From NCBI RefSeq assembly GCF_006345805.1, contig NC_042999.1:39866001-39930000 (forward strand): a stretch of 64,000 nt of DNA, in the 5' to 3' direction. Positions 38,792 through 51,870 of the stretch are shown here, piece after piece. Under the pieces are notes generated by a model. That model worked only from the letters and a program-made list of their open reading frames with translations. It was not told the origin of the DNA and made no database searches. The DNA is from Octopus sinensis. Its lineage: Eukaryota. Position 1 is the stretch's first letter. Each line of letters opens with the position of its first letter. The position numbers and the translations under genes are program-made.

Positions 38792-39068
38792 AACCTATCC
38801 ATTCTTGTTGCTTCTTTCTCGCTTATAATCACCCCACATTACTGTATTGTTAAATCAGTATAGTTCTTTTTGGTGCATCTAAGTTAGGTACCATATTCAA
38901 GTAAATTTTTTAAATTAACTTGAATCTTTATTGCTCTTTGAATATATTTATATATATATATATATACACACACATATATATATATACACACACATATATA
39001 TATATATATATAAATATATATATGTATCTATACATACATACATATATATATATGTATGTATATATATA

Positions 39069-39112
<44 letters not shown>

Positions 39113-39629
39113 CAATCATACGCATACACACTAATAATAAACGTGTGTTTGGATACTGAGAAATGGTGATGAGCAGATGGATAGTTCAGGATTAAATAAA
39201 AAGTAAAAGAGAGAAATAGCGACGGAAAGAGGGGTGAATATTAATCGTAAGAATCCCCGATATCGCATCTTTGGGCAGAATTATTTCATGTAGATAGTAT
39301 ATCAAAGATAAATTTGAGATCAATGGCATATAATTTTGCACTTCAATTGGTAAATGTAACACAGTTTCTTTCAAATGGAGAGGACTGGAGGTATTAAGCC
39401 TGGCTATGGAACACGAATACTATATGAAAGCGATGTTGTTAGTATTCTTCTGGAGAACCTGGGAGCGGAGACGATGAGTAATTCTGCAATGTGTGTGATT
39501 AGAGCGAAGGTGATACAAACAATAGATGAAAATGCCGCGGTAGTAACCGCAAATATAAACTACTATGTCATAGTAAGCATTTGGTAACACACACACACAA
39601 TAACAACAACAACACCAGGCATATATACA

Positions 39630-40690
39630 TCAGGTCATCCCATAAGTTCTGTCCGATTTTACCTTTTTTTCTTTTAACTGAATGAAATTTAATAGTATTT
39701 TATGATATCTAATGAAATTAAAATTATTTTTATGAATTTGTCTACATTTAAACTAATTCAATATTATTTTACAGAATAATAGAGTTAAAATGTCTTTGAG
39801 TAAAACCCTTTCTAACATGGAAGTACTCAAAGAGCGTTTGAGGTACATAATGCTTTATGAGTACAAAAAACTCAGTACAAGAAACTCTGCAACCGAAGCG
39901 ACTTGTAACATACACTCAGTTTATGGGAAAGAATGCTTGAATGAAAGAACTTGCAGAAGTTAGTTCGCAAAATTCAGAAGTGGAGATTTCAGCCTTGAAG
40001 AGGAAGGCAGAATAGGATGTCCAGTTGAGATTGATGATATGCTCTCGAGGCATTACTTGAAGAAAATTCTGCATTATCAGTTGAAGAATTGAAAATAAAG
40101 CTAAGTTCAAATCATACAACTGTTTATCGCCAGCTTGTACAAATTGGAAAGGATCCTAAACTTGGAAAATGGGTGCCTCATGAATTGCTCTTCTCTCCAT
40201 TCTCGCGAAATCATTTCACCCTTTTTGGATGGTGATGAAAAATGGATCTTCTATCGAAATGTTAAACGTCGTAAACAGTGGCTTGGTAAAAGGGAAAAAG
40301 CTCAAGCACAACTGAGAAGGGAACTTAATGGGATAGAGTTTCTTCTCTCCATCTGGTGGGATTGCAAAGGAATAATTCACTTTCAATTGTTACCACCTAA
40401 TGCAACAATCAACGCTCAAGTCTACTGCAATTAGAGCGCTTCAACCAAGCTTTGAAGATAGACTCGCTTTAGTGACAATGCGCGAACCCACACTGAAAAG
40501 ATCACATCATAGAAGATCGAATAACTTGGTTGGGAAAAAATTCCTCATCAACCCTATTCTCCCGACTTTGCTCCTTCAGACTACCCTGTGTTTCGTAGTT
40601 TACAGAATCATTTGGGGGACATAAATTTCGCAAGCCAGGAAGGGGTCGAAACTGACACTTCAGAGTTCTTCGCTTTGAAACCATTCTTTT
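39630..40690 (+). mobile_element. 3'-truncated decayed mariner (Hsmar1/Mos1-like)
   Basis: TIR-like TCAGGTCATCCCATAAGTTCTGTCCG; [68 protein letters not shown]; no right TIR. Confidence 0.85.
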
Positions 40691-40775
40691 ATTTGTTTCA
40701 GTCATTTGAATACGGCTATGCTGCAGCATACGTACCTACATATATAAGTATATATATATATGTATGTATATATGT

Positions 40776-40847
<72 letters not shown>

Positions 40848-40869
40848 GTATATATGTATATATGTATAT

Positions 40870-40916
<47 letters not shown>

Positions 40917-40964
40917 TATATATATACGAAAGAAGGTTTGAAAATGCAATTAAAAGATGTTTAT

Positions 40965-41009
40965 TTACTTTACCGGTTTCACTCTTTGGAAAAATATTAT
41001 CAAAAGTAA
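40965..41009 (-). ncRNA. Minimal type I hammerhead motif with U3/A8 core
   Basis: TTACTT-TTGATAA-T-ATTTTT-CCA-AAGAGT-GAAA-C-CG-G-TA-AAGTAA; perfect 6-bp stem I, palindrome ACCGGT. Confidence 0.65.
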
Positions 41010-41726
41010 CATGTGGAAGTTTGGTTGCGTTAATTATTGGTTGTTGCAAATTGCTACATTACATATATATATACAGTCTTTGGAAACAGGGACATGTTAA
41101 GGACATAAAAATGTACAACAGTATGTTGAGAATATAAAGAGGTTTAACAAGCTCATTGAAAAAATGGGCAGAAAAGATTAAAACAAATATATTATACATC
41201 TCAGGGTAATTTCCAGGAGGAATTATTAAAAAAGTTCAGTACAGAATATTATGAATTCAAAAAAGATTTACATTAATGTAGTGGCGAGGTTGTTACTGAC
41301 CTGTACGTTTTAGCAGAAATGTGGAATTGAAAAGGATGTACCTGTTTTTTTCTTTTTTTGGCTTTCCTTGAAGCATCAATGATTTTGGGGTTAGGATGAG
41401 GTGAATATGTGTGTCTCTGCGTGTATGTGTGTGTGCATACATATACATGTGGTGTGAATAGATGTGTCTGTGTGTCTGTAGTATTTGGTCAGATGGTGTC
41501 TGTTTGTCGAACGTGTGTGTGGTTGTCATGGTGTTGTGTGTGTGTGTTGGTGCGTGTGCACGCATGTACATATGTGGACGGTATCCGACACGGTGCCACG
41601 CGTGTACATATGTGTGCCTGTATGGAGGTGAGACTGGTGCGAGCGTGTGTGTCCCTGTGTGCGTGCACACACACGTATACAAGTGTCTGTGTGTTTGGGG
41701 GCATATATATATGTATATAATATATA

Positions 41727-41766
<40 letters not shown>

Positions 41767-41789
41767 TATGTAGATACCTACATATATAA

Positions 41790-41837
<48 letters not shown>

Positions 41838-41898
41838 ATAGATATATATATATATATATGCATATACGGTACAGTACATCATACAGAGACATTTATTA

Positions 41899-41929
<31 letters not shown>

Positions 41930-42359
41930 ATATTATATATATATATATATACATAATTTTCAAATAGGATAAAATCTTTATAATAATTTATTAAGTAGTT
42001 AGCGTGAAAAACCTCATAAGAGACAAAAAAACCCATCAATTTTTCTCTTAAATGTATCGATTTATATTGAGGGCATTATAGATGCCACATACTAGGAGGG
42101 ATTCAAAAAGTCAAAACTACAAAAATAAATAAACACATAATATCGAATGCGAGGGAATACAACTCTCGAAGCGAGCCTCTTAAAAACAGAATTCAACTGC
42201 ATATCACATGATTTCATAACTAGTGCACAAATACACTTTTTAATACTCACTGCAAGCATAATTCAAGATTTATCATAAATGAAAATCAACATACCAGACG
42301 AACACACACATACACACACACACATACATAGAAACACACACCACACACACACACACACA

Positions 42360-42407
<48 letters not shown>

Positions 42408-42990
42408 TGAGTGTAGTAGAGTGACCAAGTCCATTGATTACACCAGTTTACAATTTACAGTTTCTAATGAATTCAATCATATAAAACGGTTGTTTAATGC
42501 AATAATATACGCAGCTATTGGTTGATGCGTGTCATATTAAAGACAAGTAGCGAGTTCCTCTTTTTCGAATTATGTATAAAACTCATTTACAGTTCATACT
42601 TGAATTCAAATATATTAATGCATAATATACTAATAGTCGTGAGATCGAACACAGATGAATCAATTGTAAATTGATATAAAATTCCTCAGTTGATTTTGAT
42701 CTTTATGTATGTGGCTGAGAGCTGGATTTCTATCGCTTACATGGAACGAAGAATCAGGTCACTTTTTTCAAAAATAGTTCAGAAGGCTGCGATGCATCTA
42801 GTACATGGTACTAAAAACGAACGAAGTTGGCAGGCAGTAAATCCACAGATACATTGATGGGTGAGGACCACAATTCCGCTGATAAAATAAAAACGAAGTG
42901 AAGAATTGAGGAGGTGGAAAGATTGGCAGACAGAGAAAATACTCATTTAACAACAATTACATATGTGTAGGATGTGCGTGTTTGTGTATA

Positions 42991-43028
<38 letters not shown>

Positions 43029-43204
43029 TGTGTGTGTGTGTTTGTGAGTGTGTTTCATGCTTGTTTCCAACTGATTATTGACACTCCGATGACTCTCAGT
43101 TTCTTAATAAGTGCATTTCTGTAGTTTGCAGGACAGGTATCCTTACTTCAATAAATCAGTTGGAAGAAAATTCAAATTATTTCGGTTGAGATGGATAGGT
43201 AGAT

Positions 43205-43628
<424 letters not shown>

Positions 43629-44843
43629 CTGAATGAAACATGTTAAATTTGACAGCCCTGTATGACTTTGCCTTTGTTGACATGCAATATAATTAGATAG
43701 AAGCTATGTTTCTTCTGTGGACAGAAGATTGGTGATTCTCGTATGAAGTGCGATCAATAAGACTACGTTTTGTGGAAGAAAATAAATGATTAATATGGCG
43801 AGTGCTACGACTTTCACCATTGCAGCTTTTACCCAATGTCCAGAAAAAGGTGGTCATAACACTGAAATATAGATGTACGACGTAAAACTGCAACTCTGGT
43901 TTGGTTTCTTCTTGTAATTTACTCTGTATCTACACTTCCGGCTTTATACAACAAATCTCTTTAACGTATTATATTCTATACCTGTTAAACCTACCTTGAA
44001 ATATATTTGATTGATACAGACAACACTTCATGATTCTTTTTATTTATTTATTTATTTTTCTAATCTATCATGATGTTAATTTTTGACTGCTAGAGAAACT
44101 AGTGTTTAAAGTTCGAATGTATAAGTAGTATCTCTATTGACATGTTTGGATTTATATAGTTATATAATCACAAAAGAAAACATTATTAAACTTAAATTAT
44201 ATGACACTTTCTAAATTCCGGAATATGATTATGCCTTAGTCGAACAATAATACAGTTCATGTCAAAATCATGAGACAGAATATCGAGGCATATTCTTATA
44301 TTTATCATTCACTTTTTCTTCATAAATAAAGTAATAAAAAGTGGTGCAGAATTATATTTTACCGGCTATTACATTTGCGAGTAATGAACTAATGTAGCAA
44401 TTAAATCTTAATTAAAATATGACTGAAACTTTTTTCTAAACTCTAACGCAAAATTTTGAAGACGGGTAAACAACTCAAAATGTGAAATAGAAATATAACA
44501 ATTAATTAATTAATTACTGCATTCAATTATTTTCCGATTATCAGAAATACTTACGGCTATGATTTTCAGACGTTTCTATTAATATTCTTAAAAAAAGAAA
44601 CATATTTTTTTCTTTTTATTGCAAGAATTAATTAAATAAGACTGAAAAGACAGAGAAAAAATGAAATGTTTCAATTTAATATCAAATTATATGTTACATA
44701 CTGAGTTTACGTGATCTCAGCGCTAATATGTTACATCATCTTTACAACGCATATTGCATACGTCTTCATCTCTATGCATGTATATATATATGTATGTATA
44801 TGCATGTATATATCTATGTAAGTATGCACACACACATATATAT

Positions 44844-44928
<85 letters not shown>

Positions 44929-45131
44929 TAATACATGGGTCGTTCCAAGTATAATTTTAAATTCTGTTGGATTTTACTCATAAGGTATTGGAATCTTACA
45001 TATATATCATTCTGCCTAACAAATGGGTCTACAAATATCCGTACATATCTCACATCTCTCTTCTTTCTTCCACCTCACTCTATATTTTGTATCCTATATA
45101 AATTAACTATTACTTAACCATCCTCTCACAC

Positions 45132-45185
45132 GGTCTCCGATGAAGGGATATAATTAATAAATATCTTAGAAACAGATGTAAGACC
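45132..45185 (+). ncRNA. Near-intact type I hammerhead motif
   Basis: GGTCT-CCGATGA-A-GGGATA-(11 nt)-TATCTT-A-GAAA-C-AGAT-G-TA-AGACC; U4 changed to C; ACAGATGT is one change from palindromic ACAGCTGT. Confidence 0.7.
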
Positions 45186-45609
45186 TTCTATCTATAAATG
45201 TTCTAATATCTACACAGCCTTGTTTTTTTTTTTATCTCATTGCGCAAAAAATTATCATAGATACATATTATATATGTATATGTATATATTTGATGTAATC
45301 ATGGAAATTATACTATCGATGTTTCGATACCTTCATTACACTCATTCCAATTATCTTATTAAAATTTCATAGTTTTACAAGTCCATTTCGTCAGAAGTAT
45401 TAAATCTAGTTAAACATATTGTGGTTGGAGATCATACAAACAAAACTCAAGAAAAATACAAATAATGTTTTAATTATAATGAATAAATAAAATGAAAACT
45501 AAGGTGTTCAGAAACAAATAACCTAATAATTTCAGAATAATAGTTAAACAGTAAGGGACAAAGTAATTCATAAATACAAATGTTATACTAAAAAACAGAG
45601 AAATAAAGA

Positions 45610-46545
45610 AATATTTGGCACAAGATGAGCATTTCTGAGAAATACATTCGGAGTAGTATTTCGAAGGGTAAGTCGATTATATCGACCCAGTGTTCCGATG
45701 GGAATTATTCTATCGACCCCTAAAGGATGAGAGGCAACGTCAAATTTGGCTGAATTTGAACTGACTGCATAAGGACAAAAGGAATGCAGCCAAGCTTTAT
45801 ATCCAGCGTGGTGACGATTCTGCCTGCTCGCTGCTGTAAGAAATATGTAATACTGGTTTCAAATTTCGGTAAAAGATCAATAATTTCGGGGACGAAAATA
45901 AGTCGATTATACTCAATTTATTTTATCGACCCCGAAAGGATGAAAGTCAAAGGGGAACTTAGAATAATTTGAAGTCGAAACGTAAAACTGGGCAAAATGC
46001 CGTAATTATTTTGTCTATAGATTCTACCACTTTGATGCCTTAAAAAAATAGGAAATACTGTTTTCAAATTTTGGCACAAGACCAGTAATTTCCAGGGACG
46101 GAGTAAGAGGATTATATTGCCCCTAGTGTTCAAAGAGTTCTATTTTTATCACCTGAAAGAATGAAAGACAAAAGTCGACTTTGGTGGAATAGGAATAATA
46201 AATATTTAAATTAAATAATACACAATACTCATAGGGGGCAAGCATTCACAATATTCCTCAAAATATTTTCCACTGAAGTGCTCTATCTTGACCGCAACTG
46301 CATGGCTAAAACGAATGAATAAAAGAATATTCCATCAAAAGTTAAATAAGAAAGGGAGGAAATAGCAGCAGCGACGGCTGGTAGAATTGTTGATATACCA
46401 GAAAAAATACTTGTGAACATCTGTTTCGATCCCTTTCATTCTAAGCTCAATTTTGCCTTTCATCATTTTTCAGATTAAATTTGTCTTTCATCCTTTCTGG
46501 CTCGATAAAGAACAACCAACCTGTTAAGCACTGGGGTCGATATAT
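45610..46545. mobile_element. Cluster of decayed SINE copies (three minus, one plus; 14798 family)
   Basis: Repeated TATCGACCCC.AAAGGATGAAAG blocks on minus strand; TTTGCCTTTCATC..GCACTGGGGTCGATAT on plus strand. Confidence 0.7.
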
Positions 46546-47107
46546 TCAACCGACATTACTAAAGTACTTAGCTATCTGCTAAAAGTTATGATAGATTGTG
46601 AAGGGCAATTCCGTAAACTTTGAAATTCAAAACTTGTTTCCAACTAAACCATTTATTGTGTGCTTAGACTTAATAATTACATTACTTCATTTGAGTATAT
46701 TACGTATTAATTACCTACTAAGGAATTTCTGAAGTTTCTAACTAAAACATAAATGATTTCAATCAAACATACAGCATCACTTAAACATTGTTGGACTCGG
46801 AGACTCATGCATTTGATGAAAACAAGAATTTTAATGAAAACGTCTGAAGATAACAGTGATGTAAAATTTGAGAAAAAACATGTAGCTTTTAAATGTTCTG
46901 ATATGAATAGTAGAACATTGTAACTGATCAGATTATGTTTACGAACGTCTACAGGGCTGTAGCATAATAACTGTATCACATGACAAAATATGACCTCACA
47001 AGTATTAAATAGAGAAAAATCTTTCTCCAAATTCCTCGCATGATTTCCCGTTTGTCACATATATCCACAACGTAGGAGGGAAGATAAAATGCCCATACAT
47101 CGATTTC

Positions 47108-47489
47108 GGAAGCACTTCGTCGGTTACGACGACGAGGGTTCCTGTTGATCCGAATCAACGGAACAGCCTGCTCGTGAAATTAAAGTGTAAGTGGCTGAGC
47201 ACTCCACAGACACGTGTACCCTTAACGTAGTCTTCGGGGATATTCAGCGTGACACAGAGAGTGACAAGGCCGGCCCTTTGAAATACAGGTACAACAGAAA
47301 CAGGAAGTAAGAGTGAGAGAAAGTTGTGGTGAAAGAGTACAGCAGGGATCACCACCATCCCCTGTCGGAGCCTCGTGGAGCTTTAGGTGCTTTCGCTCAA
47401 TAAACACTCACAACGCCCGGTCTGGGAATCGAAACCGCGATCCTATGACCGCGAGTCCGCTGCCCTAACCACTGGGCCATTGCGCCTCC
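47108..47489 (-). mobile_element. Young tRNA-derived SINE (third family)
   Basis: Minus strand starts GGAGGCGCAATGGCCCAGTGGTTAGGGCAGCGGACTCGCGG...GGTTTCGATTCCC (A and B boxes); structured 3' end. Confidence 0.85.
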
Positions 47490-47499
47490 CCCATACATC

Positions 47500-47620
47500 G
47501 ATACCGAAAGGATGAAAGAAGAAATTTGAACTTCGTTGGAAATTGAACTCAGAACGTACAGACGCACGAAATCCTGTTAACCATTTTGCCCTATGTGCTA
47601 TTGATTCTACCAGCTTCCAT
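47500..47620 (-). mobile_element. SINE 5' half (14798 family)
   Basis: GAAAGGATGAAAG...TTGAACTCAGAACGT. Confidence 0.65.
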
Positions 47621-48169
47621 TTAATATTTAATATCGCCTGGGGATATGGTTGAACGTAGCATGTCTATTTACGTATAGCGTGATTCATATATAGATTGAT
47701 AGACATTTAAGTATGCATGGATCTGAACGCATATAAACTGTGCGAATATTGGAAAACAAGTATTTATTATTTAAAGATACATTATATAAAGGAACGAAGA
47801 CATAATGGGGATACACGCGAAATAATTGTATGAAGATTTCCTGTTAGATGAATGACAGGAAATCAAGTTGTAAGGATAAGAAAAAAAAACTGGCAACGTT
47901 CCTTAAAGACATTCCGTGCAATAAGAATCTATTCGGTCATACTTTCTTAGATCCGATGAATAAATTATTACAAACATATCGCAAAATTTACATAATCTAT
48001 GAGATATTATATCGATATAATCAATTCACCTGACAAAAGTTGTTTGAGCAAACGACTAGACATTGTTTTTATTTTGCAGTTTAGTATTATAATGACTTCA
48101 CATAAATTGCAACTATGGTATTAAATAATTGTAGTATGTTTCGGAATGAATAACTAATCGCTCTTATGC

Positions 48170-48360
48170 ATAGCGTAAGTGTAATTGTTGCGGTTTAGGC
48201 TGTTGGGTTAACGATCGTGAGATCAGGGTTTCAATTCTTACACCGGGTGTTACGTTGTTTTCTTGAGCCAAACCCACCATCTCACGTTGTGCTGAGATCA
48301 TCTCGACAGCTGAAGCATGATATACCGTGCACCTCTTCAGGCAACGTCGATTTATTGACC
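48170..48360 (+). mobile_element. Decayed SINE (25355 family)
   Basis: GGGTTTCAATTC...GTTGTTTTCTTGAGCCAAAC...TCACGTTG. Confidence 0.5.
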
Positions 48361-49404
48361 GATTTGCCTTTTGATTCTACAATGTGGTAGATTTCTTCGA
48401 CACCACATATTTCGCACCTTTTATGCCCTCTACTGTGGGCTTTGTCCTGCTAATTATTTCCCATGACTCAAGACACCTACTTACCTATTACATTCACTAC
48501 GTTTTACCATTCAGTTGGAAGAATTCTCCATCCGAAAGAAACGAAAAATGGCAGTTAAAACTGCACAAAAGAGGCCATTATTTACTACCCCATAACACAT
48601 AAAATGAAAGTAGGGACACTAGCAAATGGCCAAAGAAGAATTTATAAGACTGAACTATGATGAAAAAGTGAATATTCAATATGTATTTACTGCTTTCTTC
48701 ACACTATTAATTATTTCTCTTATATCGAAAAGTATAAAGACTCTATTGGGACAACTGGATTTTCGGACGTGAAAAGTACTAAAAGTGAAAGGTACTAAAA
48801 TGGTCTATCCAACCAGAAACATTAGTACAAAAGAACGATAAACAGAATTATCAATAGATAATAGTGCAAAACTGATGCCTGATCGGACAGCATATACAGA
48901 CCCCACCCCGCAAAAAATTCAAAAGTTTTTTTGCAAACAGGTCTGTATATATGTGTATAAATGTATATATATGCATATATATGTATGTGTGTGTGTTTGT
49001 GTGTGAGTGTGCATGTACGCATGTGTGCATGTGTGTGTCTGCGCGTATGTGTGTGAGTTTGAATGGATATATCATCCGGTCGGGTGCTGTGGTGGCTCTC
49101 AATTATCTTCTAGGTTATGGTAAATCCTATCGATCAGTATTTCACGTTTATGACTATTATTAGTTATTAGTCACTCTGTAAATTCCGATGTGCAATTCTG
49201 TGTTTGCCTCACTGGACGGTAACATTGTCTGGAGTATATATTACCAATGATTATAACGATAAAAAACAGAGACTTCTTCATCCTCTAAATTTATCACCCC
49301 TTCTTTTACAATTTTTTGTATAAAATAGTAAAACAAGAGTAAGAAATCTTTCAGGATGCACAAGTCTCTTGTTCTAAATCGTTCACACATACACACACAC
49401 ACAC

Positions 49405-49437
<33 letters not shown>

Positions 49438-49451
49438 TATATAATATACAT

Positions 49452-49482
<31 letters not shown>

Positions 49483-49526
49483 ATATACATATATATATAT
49501 ATATGCATATACATATATATATACAT

Positions 49527-49672
<146 letters not shown>

Positions 49673-50689
49673 GCAAGAGGAAAGTGGTTGTATTGCAGAT
49701 TAATACATTACTAATTTAATAGTGAGTGGAAATCAGTTTATAAATGATTATATTCGTACGATATTGATGTAAATTGTTTGTTAGAACAATAGAGAGTATA
49801 TTAAGCAAACATTTCACAAACTTAATAGAGTGCTATGTATAATATAATAATCTGATATAACATAATACAATATCATGTGTGTGCGTGTGTGTATACAGAC
49901 ATTTTTGGCGTGCAAGACTTTTGGGGTTAGTCATGCAATGCATACTTATTGATTAAGCTGAATCATTTGTGAAATTATTTAATTAAGGGAACCAGTTTAG
50001 TTCCGTAATATAGCCATGAGGGCTTCTGTTTTAATACATTTATAAACTTAAAAGAAGAAAGAAATGAAAAATTACTATTTACGTACCTCATTTTTAGCTT
50101 AATTTAATTTTTCAATCCCTCGGAGCAAATATATATACATTGCATTCTCATAGAAATCTTTCGTTTTAATCAATTGTTGGAGTAAATCTTTTTCAATTGT
50201 CATAAGACACAATCCTGAAAGTCTTTTCTCCTGTTATATTTATTTGCTAAACTTTAATTCTCTTTAGTGCCGTAAATGACCGTCCTATAAAAGGCAACTA
50301 AAGATGGGATTGTCAAAATCAAATAGCAATGTCCAATACATTTCGTAATGTAACTTCAAAAATACAGTAATTTCGGTGATGGTCGACAATCGTTTATAAT
50401 TAATTGTTTCCTTTCAAAGTTTCATTTTCGTACATTTTCTTTTAATTCTTTAAGTCATGAGACTGTGTCCATACTGGGGCACGGCTTTGAACAATTTCTA
50501 ACTGAATGAATGTACTTCGTTGTTATATCCTGGTACTTATACTATCGGTTACGTTTACCGAAAATCTAAGTTACACTCCAAACCATAAATCGCTTAGACA
50601 CATAGACACCTCGTGAGACTCTAATGGCTGGAGATAGGAAAAACATTCATTTAACTTCTAAACCAAAAATTATTATATAGTCGCCGTCT

Positions 50690-50825
50690 ATGAAATCCAC
50701 TCTCAAGTCTTTGGTCGGTTCAAGGTTATAGTAAAATACACTTGACCAATATTCCACGCAGTGGCACTGAACCTGGAAACATGGTTGAAAGCAAACTTCT
50801 TACAACATAGTCGCACCTGCGCCTT
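50690..50825 (-). mobile_element. Decayed SINE 5' half (57198 family)
   Basis: Reverse complement of GGCGCAGG..AAGAAGTTTGCT..GGTTCAGTGCCACTGCGTGG. Confidence 0.65.
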
Positions 50826-51487
50826 TGTGATTTATGGAACCTTTGTACACTTATTTGTCAAAAGTTTGTAATTTGGACTAATATGTCGAAAGCAAGAAAA
50901 TTATTTTATAAAAAAACTGTGTGCACGTGTATGCGTGTGTGCAATACGAATCAAATTACGATAATCTTAGATAATCAACGAATTAACTTGTACCTAAACG
51001 GAGAAATTCTAACTTACATAGGAGAGATATTCGGAATGTCCGATTATATAACATTGCACATTATATATATCAAAGGCAAAAAGTAAATAATTTTGATCCG
51101 TCGGGAAAAAATGTGGGTCTTTTAAATGTCAGAATTGCTTCTATTTTTAGATTCCGTGAATTCTGACTGAGGTCAAAGGGTCAAGTCCATTTTACTATCT
51201 GGTTAATATTTAGCGATATCAATTGCAAAGAGCAGAGAGCGAGATATGTTGGACATATAGAGAGCGAAATACAAAACTTCGAAATTATTTCTAAAGGAGT
51301 GAGAAATCAGCTCAGAACAGACCTGTCTTCAATAATCAAAGTAATGATGATATGCTTATAGCATCTGAGGGTCTTCTTTGAAATAAAGTAACTAGTTGCT
51401 ACTGTTTTCAATGATTTTCACAACTTTTCACCTCACAAATTACGTTTTAAAATTTATTTCTGATTCATATGTGACTAATTGTTAAGA

Positions 51488-51630
51488 GGCTTGATACCCG
51501 ACCACACGTTTCCGAGTTCACATCCAATGTATTGCACGTTGAGGTCTCTTCTAATATAGCCTCTAGCCGAGCAAGGCTATATGGGAGTATTTGGTAAACA
51601 GAAAGTGAAAGAAACCCGTTGCATCCATCC

Positions 51631-51721
<91 letters not shown>

Positions 51722-51870
51722 AGTATGACTTTGTGCCTGTGTCTATCCTCCATCACGACTCTACAACAGGTTTTGTGGATTTAAGTGCAGGGATCGACTT
51801 GTTCGACTCAAACCTATCAAGGCAGGGGACTCGTTAAGGCCGCAGACATATGACAGAAACAAGTAAATGA
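51488..51870 (+). mobile_element. Decayed SINE with internal (AT)n(GT)n (57198 family)
   Basis: Block order parallels 57198-57583, ending GAAACAAGTAAA. Confidence 0.6.

Larger units (their letters stand above)
35249..38948 (+). mobile_element. 5'-truncated Naiad-type PLE (copy 2): RT core/thumb, long linker, GIY-YIG, about 1.6-kb 3' region with hammerhead
   Basis: RT (DIPMGSSDSAEVTNLVG, RDDALF, NFLDITLDL, SNHPP; frameshifted), ILWLNIPFN...NFP..HRYHRII..KTVRISY, intact ORF 36482-37303, hammerhead at 38704. Confidence 0.9.

Noticed and set aside
48780-49190. Two further decayed hammerhead look-alikes (48795-48830 plus; 49130-49180 minus)
   Set aside because: Too many core changes and no convincing stem I.
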